Assembly (NCBI GenBank): GCA_034530615.2
Contig: JAVRCV020000012.1
Span: forward strand, 26,880-90,879
DNA: 64,000 nt
Reading direction: 5' to 3'
Origin: Aulosira sp. ZfuVER01
Lineage (GTDB): Bacteria > Cyanobacteriota > Cyanobacteriia > Cyanobacteriales > Nostocaceae
Positions 61,879 to 64,000 of this stretch are shown in pieces; position 1 is the first letter of the stretch; every line of letters begins with the position of its first letter. Made by a program: the position numbers and the translations under genes. The notes under the pieces were generated by a model. The model was not told the DNA's origin, made no database searches, and was given only the letters and a program-made list of their open reading frames with translations.

Positions 61879-62220
61879 ATGCACGAACTAGGAATTACGC
61901 AAAATATTGTCGCCATTGTCAATGAACACGCTAATGGCAACAAAGTCAGCCGAGTACTATTAGAAATTGGCAAGCTTTCAGCGATTATGCCTGATGCTAT
62001 CCGGTTTTGTTTTGATATTTGCACTAAAGGTACAGTTTTAGAAGGGGCACAACTAGAAATATTAGAAATTCCTGGCTTGGCAGAATGTCGCCAATGTGGT
62101 GCAAAGATTCCTTTAGAAAAGCCATTTGGCATTTGTCAATGTGGGAGTACGCAATTAAATTTAATCACTGGTGAAGAACTAAAACTTAAAGAAATTGAAA
62201 TAGAGGAATTATGTGTGTAA
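61879..62220 (+). CDS. hypA: Hydrogenase nickel metallochaperone HypA
   Basis: MHE start, CRQC...CQC, GEEL. Confidence 0.96.
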   Translation: MHELGITQNIVAIVNEHANGNKVSRVLLEIGKLSAIMPDAIRFCFDICTKGTVLEGAQLEILEIPGLAECRQCGAKIPLEKPFGICQCGSTQLNLITGEELKLKEIEIEELCV

Positions 62221-63080
62221 CTTGCGGCTGTTCTGATGATGGAGAAAGCAAAGTAACTAATCTTGCAACAGGTGAAGTCAATCATCATCATCACCATGAT
62301 GATACTCACACTCACACCTTACCTGATGGTACTGTAATTACGCATTCTCACAGCCATGATGAGCATTCAGAAGCATCACAAATTCATGCCAAAATGCATG
62401 GCACAACAATATCCTTAGAGCAAGATATTTTAGCAAAAAATAACCTATTAGCTGCCCAAAATCGTGGCTGGTTCAAAGGTCGAAATATCCTCGCTTTAAA
62501 TTTAATGAGTTCTCCTGGTGCAGGTAAGACAACCCTTTTAACTCGTACTATCAATGATTTAAAATCTCAAATATCTATCAGTGTCATTGAAGGCGACCAA
62601 GAAACAACTAATGATGCGCAAAAAATTCAAGAGACAGGCTGTAAAGTTGTGCAAATAAACACAGGTACAGGCTGCCATTTAGATGCATCGATGATAGATA
62701 GAGGTTTACAACAACTCAACCCACCATTGAACTCAGTAGTGATGATTGAGAATGTGGGTAATTTGGTATGTCCAGCTTTATTTGATTTGGGTGAACAGGC
62801 GAAAGTGGTGATTCTCTCAGTTACAGAAGGAGAAGATAAGCCAATCAAATATCCGCATATGTTCCGCGCTAGTCAGGTGATGATTCTCACAAAAATTGAT
62901 CTGCTACCTTATGTGCAATTTGATGTACAAAAATGTATAGAATATGCACGGCAGGTAAATCCACACATTCAAATATTTCAGGTTTCTGCTACTACAGGCG
63001 CAGGTTTAGAAAATTGGTATGGATGGTTATCGACAAAGGTAGGCAGCTTCAGCAATTCAAAATTCGTGCATTCACACTGA
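62211..63080 (+). CDS. hypB: Hydrogenase nickel-incorporation GTPase HypB
   Basis: MCVTCGC, His-rich linker, SSPGAGKTT, GCHLDA, ENVGNLVCP. Confidence 0.97.
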   Translation: MCVTCGCSDDGESKVTNLATGEVNHHHHHDDTHTHTLPDGTVITHSHSHDEHSEASQIHAKMHGTTISLEQDILAKNNLLAAQNRGWFKGRNILALNLMSSPGAGKTTLLTRTINDLKSQISISVIEGDQETTNDAQKIQETGCKVVQINTGTGCHLDASMIDRGLQQLNPPLNSVVMIENVGNLVCPALFDLGEQAKVVILSVTEGEDKPIKYPHMFRASQVMILTKIDLLPYVQFDVQKCIEYARQVNPHIQIFQVSATTGAGLENWYGWLSTKVGSFSNSKFVHSH

Positions 63081-63189
63081 AGCCACAGATAAACCGATCG
63101 CAGCAGACTCGACAAAATTTGAATTTAGTACAATGCTACCTAAATCTTGGTTTTTTTGGCACTAGAGTACGTAAAAGTGCATCTTCAAG

Positions 63190-63984
63190 ATGTATCCAGT
63201 ATTCAGTCACCAATCTGCAAAGAGCATGTACAACAACAGCCAGTTTCCTTTCTCCTCCCCAAGTTCACATCCTAACTCGCTGTCAATCGGGCGCGGACAG
63301 TACTTCAGCTATGCAGTACCGAGTGGTTGGCGCGTGGTCGAGGACGGACAATTTGCTGTTGTTTTATTTTCCCCAGATAATGCTGCTTTGACGATTATGG
63401 TAGGGAACTCTGGACTGCCAGTAAACTACAATCCTGGGCAGTTCGTCTACGAGAAGCTTTTGGCAATGCAACCCTACGATCTGCGGATGAGCCAGCCCCG
63501 CCAAGCTCAACCGATTGCTGGATGCACAGTTGCTTATGAGTTTGATTACACATACATCTTCAATGGCATTCCTTGCCGAGGTTTGGCAAAGTGTAGCGTA
63601 GCATACAGCTACAACATCTGTACGATGGTGATGACTAGTGTCGCATCACATCAATCACAATGGGGTAATTATGCTTCGTGGCTACCACAGGTAGCAGAGC
63701 AAGTGACTGCAATAAATGGTGGAGCGTTCGGAGTCCGGGGGATAATGGCGCAGAACATAGAAATTTCGCAGTCTGAGGGGCAACGGTTTAGGGAATACCG
63801 TGAATGGTCTGAGCGTACTTGGCAAGAGGTAAACCGCCAAAGAAGTGAATCTCTAGATCGGCAAAACTTTCAATTCCGCGAGAACCTGGGTAATGAGACA
63901 ACTTGGACAAATCTCTATGGATATGCCAATGTCGAGCTACCAACGACTTATCCCTCTTTTGTTACTTCAGGGAAAGAAAAATAG
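63190..63984 (+). CDS. Hypothetical protein
   Basis: 264-aa open frame with ATG start; no family recognised. Confidence 0.6.
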   Translation: MYPVFSHQSAKSMYNNSQFPFSSPSSHPNSLSIGRGQYFSYAVPSGWRVVEDGQFAVVLFSPDNAALTIMVGNSGLPVNYNPGQFVYEKLLAMQPYDLRMSQPRQAQPIAGCTVAYEFDYTYIFNGIPCRGLAKCSVAYSYNICTMVMTSVASHQSQWGNYASWLPQVAEQVTAINGGAFGVRGIMAQNIEISQSEGQRFREYREWSERTWQEVNRQRSESLDRQNFQFRENLGNETTWTNLYGYANVELPTTYPSFVTSGKEK

Positions 63985-64000
63985 TCAGAAATTCAACTGG

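Noticed and set aside
61725..62132. 135-aa minus-strand ORF
   Set aside because: Antisense to hypA and runs through a repeat patch; no family features.
62933..63391. 152-aa plus-strand ORF
   Set aside because: Overlaps hypB and the next gene out of frame; probably spurious.

Overview
AT-rich DNA from a filamentous, probably heterocyst-forming (Nostocales-like) cyanobacterium. The assignment rests on frequent HIP1 (GCGATCGC) sites, heptamer tandem repeats and the extended hyp operon. The window has three parts. (1) 1-12.7 kb is a module in which I found no HIP1 site. It holds an FAD oxidoreductase, a methyltransferase, a paired SMR/ArnEF-like transporter, a CMAH-like metallo-beta-lactamase-fold protein, a GT39/ArnT-like membrane glycosyltransferase, a 989-aa DUF4082/Ig/dimethylformamidase-beta-like protein, a Tat-signal protein and a DPM1/ArnC-like GT2. 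An intact ISAs1 element with a 10-bp target duplication interrupts it. (2) 12.7-46 kb is a co-directional surface-polysaccharide cluster: Wzt, about 16 further glycosyltransferases, a Wzy-like membrane protein, and methyl-, acyl-, amido- and carbamoyl-transferases plus a 2OG-Fe(II) dioxygenase. It also contains a decayed acyltransferase, a gene frameshifted in a T9 run, and a methyltransferase cassette flanked by a ~184-bp direct duplication. (3) 46-64 kb has a PEP-CTERM propeller protein, an orphan TrbI/VirB10-like gene, and an extended [NiFe]-hydrogenase maturation operon (hypFCDEAB with accessory genes and a duplicated TPR gene) without adjacent hupSL. All calls come from motifs read by eye; no database searches were run.
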